Assembly: GCA_963715195.1 (NCBI GenBank)
Contig: CAVQRT010000007.1
Location: forward strand, 288,001 to 352,000
DNA: 64,000 bases
Direction: 5' to 3'
From: Thermodesulfovibrionales bacterium
Lineage (GTDB): Bacteria > Nitrospirota > Thermodesulfovibrionia > Thermodesulfovibrionales > SM23-35
Part shown: piece by piece, positions 19,431 through 29,029 of the stretch
Numbering within the stretch: position 1 is the stretch's first letter
Layout of the letters: the number at the start of each line of letters is the position of its first letter
Notes under the pieces: model-generated
Told to the model about the DNA's origin: nothing
The model's database searches: none
The model's input: only the letters and a program-made list of their open reading frames with translations
Position numbers and translations under genes: made by a program

Positions 19431-21194
19431 ATGTCTCTTGATCCAACAAAACAAGCTGACTGGGAGATAGCACAAGCGTCAGAAGCATACATGAAAACTG
19501 TCAACCAGTTGGGCGACGAACTGGGGCTGGCAAAGCATGAACTGCTTCCTCACGGGCATTATATCGCTAAACTCGATTTCAAAAGCATCCTGAACCGCCT
19601 GCATACAAAACCGGACTGCAAGTATATCAACGTAACTGCAATCACACCGACACCCCTCGGGGAAGGGAAATCCACGACCACCATAGGACTTACGCAGGGG
19701 CTTGGCAAGAGAGGGAAAAACGTCATCGCTGCCATACGTCAGCCATCCGGCGGGCCAACAATGAATATCAAAGGATCCGCAGCAGGCGGCGGCCTGTCGC
19801 AGTGCATTCCGCTGACTCCATTTTCACTGGGGCTGACGGGTGATATCAACGCAATCATGAATGCGCATAATCTCGCCATGGTCGCCCTCACTTCAAGAAT
19901 GCAGCATGAGTTCAATTATACCGACGACCAGCTCTCTAAAAGAAAACTGAGGAGACTGAATATTGACCCCCGTTCAGTTGAGATGAAATGGATCATGGAT
20001 TTTTGCGCACAGTCTCTCCGGGAAATCATCATCGGTCTCGGCGGGAAGAATGATGGATTCATGATGCATTCAGGTTTTGCAATCGCCGTTTCGTCAGAAA
20101 TCATGGCAATTCTGGCGGTTTCAAAAGATCTGAAGGACATGCGTGAGAAGATGGGAAAGATTGTCGTTGGATATGACAAAAGCGGAAAACCGGTGACAAC
20201 AGAGGATCTTGAAGTGGCGGGAGCAATGACGGCATGGATGGTCGAGGCGCTCAACCCGAATCTCATGCAGACCATCGAGGGCCAGCCTGTCCTTGTTCAC
20301 GCCGGCCCGTTCGCGAACATTGCCATCGGACAGTCTTCGATCATCGCTGACAGAGTCGGGCTTAAGCTCGGTGATTACCATATTACTGAATCAGGGTTCG
20401 GGGCTGACATAGGGTTCGAAAAATTCTGGAATCTAAAATGCAGATTTTCCGGTCTGAAACCCCTTGCTGCAGTTATTGTCTCGACGATACGGGCGCTGAA
20501 ATGCCACGGTGGTGCGCCGATTCCGGTTCCCGGAAGACCAATGCCGGCAGAATACGGGAGTGAAAATGTCGCATGGGTTGAAAAAGGCTGTGATAACCTC
20601 ATTCACCATATCCATACGGTTAAGAAAGCAGGCATCAACCCGGTTGTCTGCATTAACGCATTCTATACAGACACGGAGAATGAAATTAAGGCCGTCAGAA
20701 GGCTTGCGGAAGGAGCAGGAGCTCGTGTTGCCCTTTCAAAACACTGGCAATTCGGTGGCAACGGAGCTCTGGAACTTGCCGATGCAGTCATTGATGCGTG
20801 CAACGAACCGAATGATTTTCATTTTCTCTACGAACTTTCCACTCCTCTGCGCAACCGCATAGAACTTATTGCCAGTGAAGTTTACGGCGCCGAAGGTGTG
20901 GAGTACTCTCCCGACGCATTGTCAAAAGCAAAAAGAATGGAAGAGGATCCCGAGATTTCGAAACTTGGAACCTGTATGGTCAAAACCCACCTTAGTCTTT
21001 CTGATAATCCAGGGCTGAAGGGTGTTCCAAAAGGATGGAAGCTCTTTGTGCGGGATATTTTGACGTATAAGGGGGCGGGATTTGTCGTCCCGGTTGCGGG
21101 TGCCATTAAACTCATGCCCGGAACAGCTTCAGACCCCGCATTCAGACGTATCGACGTTGATGTCGAAACCGGAAAAGTGAAAGGCCTCTTCTGA
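19431..21194 (+). CDS. fhs: Formate--tetrahydrofolate ligase
   Basis: [55 protein letters not shown]. Confidence 0.98.
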   Translation: MSLDPTKQADWEIAQASEAYMKTVNQLGDELGLAKHELLPHGHYIAKLDFKSILNRLHTKPDCKYINVTAITPTPLGEGKSTTTIGLTQGLGKRGKNVIAAIRQPSGGPTMNIKGSAAGGGLSQCIPLTPFSLGLTGDINAIMNAHNLAMVALTSRMQHEFNYTDDQLSKRKLRRLNIDPRSVEMKWIMDFCAQSLREIIIGLGGKNDGFMMHSGFAIAVSSEIMAILAVSKDLKDMREKMGKIVVGYDKSGKPVTTEDLEVAGAMTAWMVEALNPNLMQTIEGQPVLVHAGPFANIAIGQSSIIADRVGLKLGDYHITESGFGADIGFEKFWNLKCRFSGLKPLAAVIVSTIRALKCHGGAPIPVPGRPMPAEYGSENVAWVEKGCDNLIHHIHTVKKAGINPVVCINAFYTDTENEIKAVRRLAEGAGARVALSKHWQFGGNGALELADAVIDACNEPNDFHFLYELSTPLRNRIELIASEVYGAEGVEYSPDALSKAKRMEEDPEISKLGTCMVKTHLSLSDNPGLKGVPKGWKLFVRDILTYKGAGFVVPVAGAIKLMPGTASDPAFRRIDVDVETGKVKGLF

Positions 21195-21198
21195 GATC

Positions 21199-22131
21199 AT
21201 GAAAAAAGTCGGATTTATCTATGATGACATATTTCTGAAGCATGAGATGCCTCCCGGTCATCCGGAATCGCCGCAGAGGCTGATCGCAATCCTTGAAACC
21301 CTGAAAGCATCGGAATGCTGGGACCGGCTCATCCATATCAAACCGAGACGGGCAGGCGATGAAGACATCCTCGCTGTGCATACCGGCGATTACCTGAAGA
21401 GAATGCAAAACTTTACCGGCTTTTACGATGGAGATACCTATATCTCCGAACACACTTTTGAGGCTGCCCTGTTTGCTGCTGGAGCCCTTATTGAGGCAAT
21501 AGGCCGGTGCAAAAACGGTGAAATCGAAAGGGCATTCTGCGCCGTCCGCCCGCCCGGCCACCATGCCGAAGCAGATGCCGCGATGGGCTTCTGCATATTC
21601 AACAATATTGCGATCGGAGCCCGCTATGCCCAGAAGGCCGGATACCGGAAAGTCTTCATCGTGGACTTCGACGTTCATCACGGTAACGGAACACAGCACA
21701 TCTTTGAGGATGACGACTCGGTCTTCTATTTCAGCACCCACCAGTACCCTCATTATCCGGGAACCGGAAGTGATGGAGAGAGAGGAACGGGCAAAGGAGA
21801 AGGGTATACCTATAACATTCCCATGCCCTACGGCACGGGAGACAAGGATTTCTTTGTTGCCTATCGCGATATCCTGCCCCGACTTGTAAAAAACTTCCGT
21901 CCTGACATCATACTGGTATCAGCCGGTTATGACATCCTTCTTCAGGACCCCCTTTCCGGGTTTAAAGTGACGAGTGAAGGAATGCGGAGCATCATACGGG
22001 GAATCCTCCTGCGCTCTACTGCCACATACCTTCCGCCGCTTCCATATGTCTTTGCTCTCGAGGGAGGATACGACCTCAAAGCCCTCGGTGATTCAGTCCT
22101 TCAGACAATAAAAGAATTGCTTGAACCTTAG
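21199..22131 (+). CDS. Zn-dependent histone deacetylase-family (AcuC-like) deacylase
   Basis: HPESPQRL, RPPGHHA, GFCIFNN, DFDVHHGNGTQ, SAGYD, LEGGY. Confidence 0.96.
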   Translation: MKKVGFIYDDIFLKHEMPPGHPESPQRLIAILETLKASECWDRLIHIKPRRAGDEDILAVHTGDYLKRMQNFTGFYDGDTYISEHTFEAALFAAGALIEAIGRCKNGEIERAFCAVRPPGHHAEADAAMGFCIFNNIAIGARYAQKAGYRKVFIVDFDVHHGNGTQHIFEDDDSVFYFSTHQYPHYPGTGSDGERGTGKGEGYTYNIPMPYGTGDKDFFVAYRDILPRLVKNFRPDIILVSAGYDILLQDPLSGFKVTSEGMRSIIRGILLRSTATYLPPLPYVFALEGGYDLKALGDSVLQTIKELLEP

Positions 22132-22198
22132 CTTCTTTCTGCCTTGTTTGCTTCAGGTTGATTTTTCCCTCATTGAAATAATATAATTCTTTTTAATT

Positions 22199-23521
22199 AT
22201 GAGGTATAAGAAGATAATCTTAAAGAAAAAGTTTATCTTTGTCACAGTTCTGTTAACTTTTCTTGTCACATTTTTCTTCTGCACGGACGTCTTCACTGAT
22301 GAAAAGAAAACCAAAGTTCTGGTCATAAGCATCAGCGGCGTCATCAACCCGGTCTCAGCAGAATTTATCGGGAAAAGTATCGGAAAAGCTCAGGAAAAAG
22401 AGGCTGAAGCTCTCGTGATCGAACTTGATACTCCGGGCGGTCTTGATACTTCGATGAGAAGCAGTGTGAAAGACATAATCGGAAGCGAGGTGCCTGTTGT
22501 CGTATTCGTTTCCCCAAGCGGAAGCAGGGCAGCCTCTGCCGGAGTTTTTCTGACGCTTGCCGCCCATATCGCGGCAATGGCTCCCGGCACCAATATCGGA
22601 GCCGCCCATCCCGTCGGCATCGGAGAGAAGATGGACAAAACCATGGCCGAGAAGGCTACAAATGATGCAGCGGCCTATATCAAATCGCTCGCCGAACGGC
22701 GCGGGAGAAATGCCCAATGGGCTGAGAATGCCGTCAGGAAAAGCATATCCGCGACGGAAAGCGAGGCGCTCAAAGAACATGTCATAGACCTTGTTACAAA
22801 GGATATTATGTCACTTCTCTCCGACATCGACGGCATGCACGTTCAGACTGCTTTTGGGGAAAAAAAGCTGAGAACAAAGAATGCGATGGTAATACGGGAG
22901 GAACTGGGGCTCAGACACAAAATTCTGAATCTGATTTCAGATCCGAACATTGCCTATGTTCTCATGCTCCTTGGCTTTTACGGCCTGTTCTTTGAACTCA
23001 CCAATCCGGGGTCTCTGTTCCCGGGCGTTATCGGGGGTATTTGCCTCATTCTCGCTTTCTATGCATTTCAGACTCTGCCGGTCAATTATGCCGGCCTTCT
23101 GTTGATCATCCTCGCGCTGATCCTCTTCATTCTCGAGATCAAGATCACATCCCACGGCATACTGACAATCGGGGGGATCATAGCAATGATTATCGGCTCA
23201 CTGATGCTGTTCGAATCTCCTGCTCCGTTTATGAAACTCTCCCTCACGCTCGTTCTGCCCGCTGTCCTCATCACCGCCCTCTTCTTTTCCGTGACCCTAG
23301 CTCTTGCATTTAAGGCACACCGGAGAAAACCGGTGACCGGGGCTGAGGGTCTCATCGGTGAACCCGGTATTGCCGATACAGATATCACCAGGGATGGCGG
23401 CATGGTTTTCCTGCATGGAGAGATATGGTCTGCATACTCGGAAGAACCGATATCAAAGGGAACCAGAATAACTGTTGACACGGTATCGGGGCTGAAAGTA
23501 AAGGTAAGGAAATCTCAGTGA
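22199..23521 (+). CDS. nfeD: NfeD-family membrane serine protease (ClpP-like + TM + OB)
   Basis: [31 protein letters not shown]. Confidence 0.95.
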   Translation: MRYKKIILKKKFIFVTVLLTFLVTFFFCTDVFTDEKKTKVLVISISGVINPVSAEFIGKSIGKAQEKEAEALVIELDTPGGLDTSMRSSVKDIIGSEVPVVVFVSPSGSRAASAGVFLTLAAHIAAMAPGTNIGAAHPVGIGEKMDKTMAEKATNDAAAYIKSLAERRGRNAQWAENAVRKSISATESEALKEHVIDLVTKDIMSLLSDIDGMHVQTAFGEKKLRTKNAMVIREELGLRHKILNLISDPNIAYVLMLLGFYGLFFELTNPGSLFPGVIGGICLILAFYAFQTLPVNYAGLLLIILALILFILEIKITSHGILTIGGIIAMIIGSLMLFESPAPFMKLSLTLVLPAVLITALFFSVTLALAFKAHRRKPVTGAEGLIGEPGIADTDITRDGGMVFLHGEIWSAYSEEPISKGTRITVDTVSGLKVKVRKSQ

Positions 23522-23576
23522 AGAGATCTTCAGCATATTTTCACACGATTCACCAAGCGTAAAAAAGGAGGTATCT

Positions 23577-24377
23577 ATGCCGTTAGCACCGTCTTTTATA
23601 AGTTCTCTCCTGATCGTATTCCTCGTTGTCTATTTTCTCTCGAGTGCGATAAAGATTCTAAAGGAATATGAGAGAGGTGTTGTATTCAGACTCGGAAGAA
23701 TTATCCCTGTCAAAGGGCCCGGATTAGTCATTATCTGGCCCATTATTGACAAACTGGTAAGAGTAAGCCTTCGAATCGTCACCATGGACGTTCCGTCACA
23801 GGACATTATAACGAAAGATAATATTACGGTAAAAGTCAACGCTGTAGTCTATTTCAGAGTTATGGCCCCGATAAAGGCAATAACAGAAGTTGAAGATTTT
23901 TATTTTGCAACATCACAGATAGCACAAACAACGCTCAGAAGCATACTCGGCCAGAGTCAGCTTGACGACCTTCTTACGAAAAGGGAAGATTTGAATGCCG
24001 AACTGCAGAAGGTCATAGACTTTCAGACAGAGCCATGGGGAATCAAAGTCACTGCAGTCGAAGTCAAGAATGTTGACCTGCCCGAAGAGATGCAGAGGGC
24101 AATAGCAAAACAGGCGGAGGCAGAGCGGGAAAGAAGGGCAAAGGTCATCCACGCTGAGGGAGAATTTCAGGCTTCTCAGAAACTTGCAGATGCAGCAAAC
24201 ATCATTGCGACAGCTCCGTCGGCATTGCAGCTCAGGTTTCTTCAAACACTCACCGAAATCGCAACAGAAAAGAATTCAACCATCATCTTTCCGGTGCCGA
24301 TAGACCTGTTGAGACCATTTCTGGAAAAACATGAAGTCAAGATTCCCGAGAGCACTCGCATACAGGGAACCTCATAA
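23577..24377 (+). CDS. SPFH/stomatin (slipin) protein
   Basis: [33 protein letters not shown]; canonical NfeD partner. Confidence 0.96.
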   Translation: MPLAPSFISSLLIVFLVVYFLSSAIKILKEYERGVVFRLGRIIPVKGPGLVIIWPIIDKLVRVSLRIVTMDVPSQDIITKDNITVKVNAVVYFRVMAPIKAITEVEDFYFATSQIAQTTLRSILGQSQLDDLLTKREDLNAELQKVIDFQTEPWGIKVTAVEVKNVDLPEEMQRAIAKQAEAERERRAKVIHAEGEFQASQKLADAANIIATAPSALQLRFLQTLTEIATEKNSTIIFPVPIDLLRPFLEKHEVKIPESTRIQGTS

Positions 24378-24529
24378 AGGATATTCAGACGATGGCATAC
24401 ATCAGCTGGGAAACCATCCATGAACAAAAAATGGAAGGGGAGTAGAGAGTGTAGAGCATTCATAAAAGAATGGAACCCGGACGTTTTGCCCGTACACAGA
24501 ATATAGAAAAAATATGAGGGGGAGGACTC

Positions 24530-25810
24530 ATGGAACACGTATATATCGACCGGCCGTATGATATGAGGAGACATGAGCGGACGCCATCCGCACAACCGAT
24601 TCATTACCTGGTCAGCATGATCGAAGCAAAAAACCGGACGTGGCTCTCCTGTAAAGGCCAGCTTCTCGATATCAGTGAAGCAGGGATCTGTATTCAGACC
24701 AATCATCCGCTCTCTCCAGGCAACATTGTATGGTTTAATGGAACCTCAGAAGAAAAGGCAGGTTTTGTCCGATGGTGCCGCCGGCTTGACAGCACATACA
24801 AGATCGGCATTGAGCTGGATAAAACCCATATCAGGAAGCTCGACGAGGCGACCGATACATTCATGAAAACTCTGAAACAGATCGAGGAACAGTGCTCGGA
24901 TCATGCAGAAAATCCTGATGAGATATTACGCAAGGTCCAGCAAGCAGTCGACGGTGTCTGCATTGCCTGCGAGACTTTCGAGAAAGAGATCGGGGACAAG
25001 GACGTCATTCGTGATTCGCAGGTCAGGTTTCGCGAAAAAACCAATTCCATCCTCTCAAAAAGCTATTGCATAAACCGGGCCCGTACCTGGCCGCAGGGCT
25101 ACCAGGGCGATTACAAGACCCTTGAAGGCATATACCGGAACACCCCCCTTTCAGAGGGAATCGGCTACTATCTTGATCTGTGGGGCTTGAATGTTTCCCT
25201 TGCCGCAGCCGTGAGGAACAGGATAAAGAAACTCGAAACGCTCTTGCGGGATGAACTCCGGCAGAGGATGTTTCCGTCCGTCATGAACATCGCCTGCGGT
25301 TCGTGCAGGGAAGTTTTCGAATTGGCCACTGACATAGCAAAATCAGGCGCCAGATTTACCTGTATTGATCTGGACGACGATGCGCTCGCCTTTTCCGCAA
25401 ACCGTCTGTCGTTTACTCCCATCTCACCCCTGACGTCCGATCAGGTGGTGATGAGGAAATACAATGCGGTGAGGATGTTCGATCACGAGCTGAACCTGCA
25501 GGAATTCGGTATGCAGGATATCATTTACAGTGTTGGTTTTTTTGATTATCTGCCGACCGATTTTCTTATCAATCTGTTCAGGTCTCTGTATGCGCTTCTC
25601 AAACCGGGAGGAAAGCTCATTGCTTCTTTCAAAGATGTCTCCCGCTACCGGTATCAGGAATATCACTGGATATTTGATTGGGATGGCTTCCTCCAGCGGA
25701 CTGAAGAGGATTTCAGACGTATCCTGTCCGATGCAGGCATGCCCGATTCTTCGATTTACGAAACACGCGAAGAATCAGGGGTGATCGTCTTCTACATAGC
25801 TACGAAATAG
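24530..25810 (+). CDS. PilZ domain fused to class I SAM methyltransferase (PhcB-like)
   Basis: PilZ motifs RRHER and DISEAG; WPQGYQGDY, AVRNR, NIACGSCRE, CIDLD, YSVGFFDYL, LLKPGG. Confidence 0.85.
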   Translation: MEHVYIDRPYDMRRHERTPSAQPIHYLVSMIEAKNRTWLSCKGQLLDISEAGICIQTNHPLSPGNIVWFNGTSEEKAGFVRWCRRLDSTYKIGIELDKTHIRKLDEATDTFMKTLKQIEEQCSDHAENPDEILRKVQQAVDGVCIACETFEKEIGDKDVIRDSQVRFREKTNSILSKSYCINRARTWPQGYQGDYKTLEGIYRNTPLSEGIGYYLDLWGLNVSLAAAVRNRIKKLETLLRDELRQRMFPSVMNIACGSCREVFELATDIAKSGARFTCIDLDDDALAFSANRLSFTPISPLTSDQVVMRKYNAVRMFDHELNLQEFGMQDIIYSVGFFDYLPTDFLINLFRSLYALLKPGGKLIASFKDVSRYRYQEYHWIFDWDGFLQRTEEDFRRILSDAGMPDSSIYETREESGVIVFYIATK

Positions 25811-25823
25811 ACCGGAATGCACT

Positions 25824-27056
25824 ATGGGTAAGAACATCGTTATCACCGGCATCGGCATCGTATCACCCGTTGGAACGGGAAGAAACAATTACTGGGATGC
25901 CATCTTTCAGGGAAAATCCGGGTTCAGGCCGATAACCGTCTTTGATGCTTCATCGTTCACGGTATCTCTTGCCGGTGAGATACCTGACTTTGATCCTATT
26001 ACTTTTCTCGGCAAAAAAGGATTGCGGGAACTCGACCGGAGCACAAGACTTCTTACTGTTGCGGCAAAGCTCGCCCTCGAAGATAGCACGCTCGTGATAA
26101 CAGACGAGAACGCTCCTTTTACCGGAGTCGCAATCGGAACCACATTCGGAAGCCTCCATAGTATCTTTCAGTTCGACCGTGTAGGCCTCACCGATGGTCC
26201 CCGCTTGGTTAACCCGTCACACTTCCCGAACACGGTTATCAATTCTCCTGCAAGCAGGGTTTCTATACGCTTCGGATTAAAAGGATTTAACACCACCATA
26301 TCGACAGGATTCTGTGCAGGCATCGACGCTGTTTCCTATGCATCTGATTTTATCAGATTAAACAGGGCTGACATCGTTTTGACCGGTGGTGTCGAAGAAT
26401 TGTGTGAGGAGACCTTTATGGGTTTTTCCAGGCTCGGATATCTGTCGGGGTCGGATCATTCAGACCCACTCTGCTGCCCTTTTGATGGTCGAAGAAACGG
26501 AACAATACTTTCCGAAGGTGCCGGAGTTATTGTCCTTGAAGATGAAGATCATGCCGTAAAGAGAGGTGTTTCTATTCTAGCAAAAATAGCAGGCTACGGA
26601 AATGCCTTTGATCCGTCAGCAGACAAGGGTTTCAGCCATACAGGGTCAGGATTAAAGAAGGCGATTGCATATGCTCTGAAAGAATCCTCTCTCACCACTC
26701 GCGATATTCAGTATATCTCTGCCAGTGCCAATTCAACACCAGGCTTAGACAGGATGGAAACAGAGATAATTAAAGCCGTGTTTGGTGAACGGGCTTTCTC
26801 CATCCCGGTTAGTTCTATCAAATCAATGGTCGGTGAGACGTTCTCCGCCTCCGGTGCATTCGCTGTAGCTGCAGCAGTCGGTGCGATACAGCATGGGATT
26901 ATTCCACCGACGGTAAATTACCGTGAAAAAGATCCCTCATGCGACCTCGATTACGTTCCAAACAAGGCAAGGGCATCAGAGATAAAACACGTTCTTGTCA
27001 TATCGTCTGATCCGTATGGAAACAACTCTGCAATTATTGTAGGGAAATATGAGTAA
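25824..27056 (+). CDS. Ketosynthase-fold protein lacking the catalytic triad (chain-length-factor-like)
   Basis: IVITGIG, PFDGRRNG.ILSEG present; STGFCAG, SASANST and GETFSASG replace the Cys/His/His motifs. Confidence 0.9.
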   Translation: MGKNIVITGIGIVSPVGTGRNNYWDAIFQGKSGFRPITVFDASSFTVSLAGEIPDFDPITFLGKKGLRELDRSTRLLTVAAKLALEDSTLVITDENAPFTGVAIGTTFGSLHSIFQFDRVGLTDGPRLVNPSHFPNTVINSPASRVSIRFGLKGFNTTISTGFCAGIDAVSYASDFIRLNRADIVLTGGVEELCEETFMGFSRLGYLSGSDHSDPLCCPFDGRRNGTILSEGAGVIVLEDEDHAVKRGVSILAKIAGYGNAFDPSADKGFSHTGSGLKKAIAYALKESSLTTRDIQYISASANSTPGLDRMETEIIKAVFGERAFSIPVSSIKSMVGETFSASGAFAVAAAVGAIQHGIIPPTVNYREKDPSCDLDYVPNKARASEIKHVLVISSDPYGNNSAIIVGKYE

Positions 27057-27099
27057 ATAGTGTTAAGGATTTTTAATACAGGCAGTTCACGGAGAGGTA

Positions 27100-27537
27100 A
27101 TGATGGAACTTGATTTTGAACAGATTAAAAAAGTCATACCGCAGCGGTTTCCTTTCATCATGATCGACAGAGTCATCAATGTGAATCCGGGGAAAGAAGC
27201 CACAGCAATAAAAAATGTATCAGGAAATGACATATTTTTTCTCGGCCATTTCCCTGAGAAAGCGATCATGCCGGGCGTTGCCCTGATCGAGGCAATGGCC
27301 CAGACAGCCATTATTCTGTTCGGTGCAGGAGAAAATGCAGCCTCAGGAGATACTCTCTATTTTCTCGGTTCGGTCAAGGCACGCTTTTATCATCCGGTAG
27401 TGCCGGGTGACTGCATGACAATCAAAGCGGTCAACGTAAAATCCCTGCCCTCTGGTGCATATGTGACAGCCGAAGCAACGGTCGATGACAGGAAAGTATC
27501 AGAGGCAGAACTTGTCTTCAGTGTGAAAAATGAATAA
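27100..27537 (+). CDS. FabZ-like 3-hydroxyacyl-ACP dehydratase
   Basis: PQRFPFIMIDRV, GHFPEKAIMPGVALIEAMAQ. Confidence 0.93.
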   Translation: MMELDFEQIKKVIPQRFPFIMIDRVINVNPGKEATAIKNVSGNDIFFLGHFPEKAIMPGVALIEAMAQTAIILFGAGENAASGDTLYFLGSVKARFYHPVVPGDCMTIKAVNVKSLPSGAYVTAEATVDDRKVSEAELVFSVKNE

Positions 27538-28744
27538 GCGTGTTGTCATAACGGGTCTGGGTGCTGTTTCCTCAATCGGTATCGGATGGGAATCATTCTG
27601 GGACAGTCTTGTAGCAGGCAGGTCGGGTATCAGCGATGTTACCTCATTTGATACATCCGGCCATTTTACCCACAAGGGCGGCGAGATCAAAATCTTCATT
27701 CCCGATGAGTTTATACCTCCGGACAAGCTGAACATACTCAGCCGTTCTTCCCAGTTTGCTGTTGCGGCCGCACACCTTGCGGTCCGCGATGCACACCTCT
27801 CACCCGACGAGCTCTCAGCTATTACTGCTGGCATCTGCATCGGTACGACCATGGGTTCGGTGCAGACTTCAGAGATTATCAACCAGATGATCGTCCTGCA
27901 GGGCAAAACTGATTTCAGCAATGATCTGATTTGCCAGGTGCCGACACACTCAACTCCAGCAGCGGTTGCACGGGAGTTCGGCATTACAGGGCCCAATCTG
28001 ATGTTCTCCACCGCCTGTTCGGCGGGCAATTATGCAATCGGATACGGTTTAGACCTCATTCGGCTTGGGAAGACTGATGTTATTCTTGCGGGAGGATCGG
28101 ATCCTTTTTCAAAGGTGGCTTTTACCGGATTCAACCAGTTCGGTGCAGTGGCTCCTGAAAAATGTCAGCCCTTTGATAAAAATCGCAAAGGCATGATGGT
28201 TGCAGAAGGTGCGGGCATGCTTATCATCGAATCTCTTGATCATGCACTCACGCGCAATGCCCCCATATATGCCGAAATCGCAGGGTACGGGTTGAGCTGC
28301 GATGCACACCATATGACGCTCCCCTCTGTTGAAGGCGTCTCACGCTGCATGATGCAGGCTTTGCGGGAAACCAGAATCACGACCGAACAGGTTGATTACA
28401 TCTGTGCCCACGGCACGGGCACCCCCGCAAACGACAGGGCAGAGTGTGCGGCGATACGGAATGTTTTCGGCTCCCGTACAAAGGACGTGCCGGTCAGTTC
28501 AATAAAATCCATGATCGGTCATACCATGGGAGCGGCATCTGCACTCGAAGCTATCTCATGTGCCCTCACGGTAAAAAACAACATAATCCCGCCAACAATA
28601 AATTATGAGACGCCTGATCCGGAATGCGATATCGATTGCGTTCCAAATCAGGCACGCGGGCATGAAGTGAATATTGCCTTGAATAATTCCTATGCGTTCG
28701 GAGGAAATAATGCATCACTGATATTGCGGAAATATATCCCATGA
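27530..28744 (+). CDS. FabF-like beta-ketoacyl-ACP synthase (active)
   Basis: STACSAG, AHGTGT, KSMIGHTMGA, NSYAFGGNNA. Confidence 0.96.
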   Translation: MNKRVVITGLGAVSSIGIGWESFWDSLVAGRSGISDVTSFDTSGHFTHKGGEIKIFIPDEFIPPDKLNILSRSSQFAVAAAHLAVRDAHLSPDELSAITAGICIGTTMGSVQTSEIINQMIVLQGKTDFSNDLICQVPTHSTPAAVAREFGITGPNLMFSTACSAGNYAIGYGLDLIRLGKTDVILAGGSDPFSKVAFTGFNQFGAVAPEKCQPFDKNRKGMMVAEGAGMLIIESLDHALTRNAPIYAEIAGYGLSCDAHHMTLPSVEGVSRCMMQALRETRITTEQVDYICAHGTGTPANDRAECAAIRNVFGSRTKDVPVSSIKSMIGHTMGAASALEAISCALTVKNNIIPPTINYETPDPECDIDCVPNQARGHEVNIALNNSYAFGGNNASLILRKYIP

Positions 28745-28759
28745 AGGAGGCCGTGAAAA

Positions 28760-29029
28760 ATGAAAGAAAACACCCTCGAAAAGGAAATCATCTCTATTAT
28801 TGCAGACGTTTCAGGATTTGATCCCGGGGAGATTACGCCAGAAGCCAAATTGGCCGATGATCTCGAAATTGATTCAATTAAAGCAATCGAGATCGTTGTT
28901 GCGATCGAAAAGAAATACAAGGTTTCGGTTCGGGATGAAGATGTCCCGAAGATTACCACTGTCAGCGAGACCGTAGCAGTCGTCCACAAGCTCCTGAATC
29001 AGGAACTCGCAACGAATGTCAGGAACTGA
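28760..29029 (+). CDS. Acyl carrier protein
   Basis: Acidic 89 aa with DDLEIDSIKAIEI phosphopantetheinylation motif. Confidence 0.94.
   Translation: MKENTLEKEIISIIADVSGFDPGEITPEAKLADDLEIDSIKAIEIVVAIEKKYKVSVRDEDVPKITTVSETVAVVHKLLNQELATNVRN

Noticed and set aside
24380..24529. Sigma54 promoter upstream of the PilZ-methyltransferase
   Set aside because: GG and GC candidates are 9 or 14 nt apart, not 10
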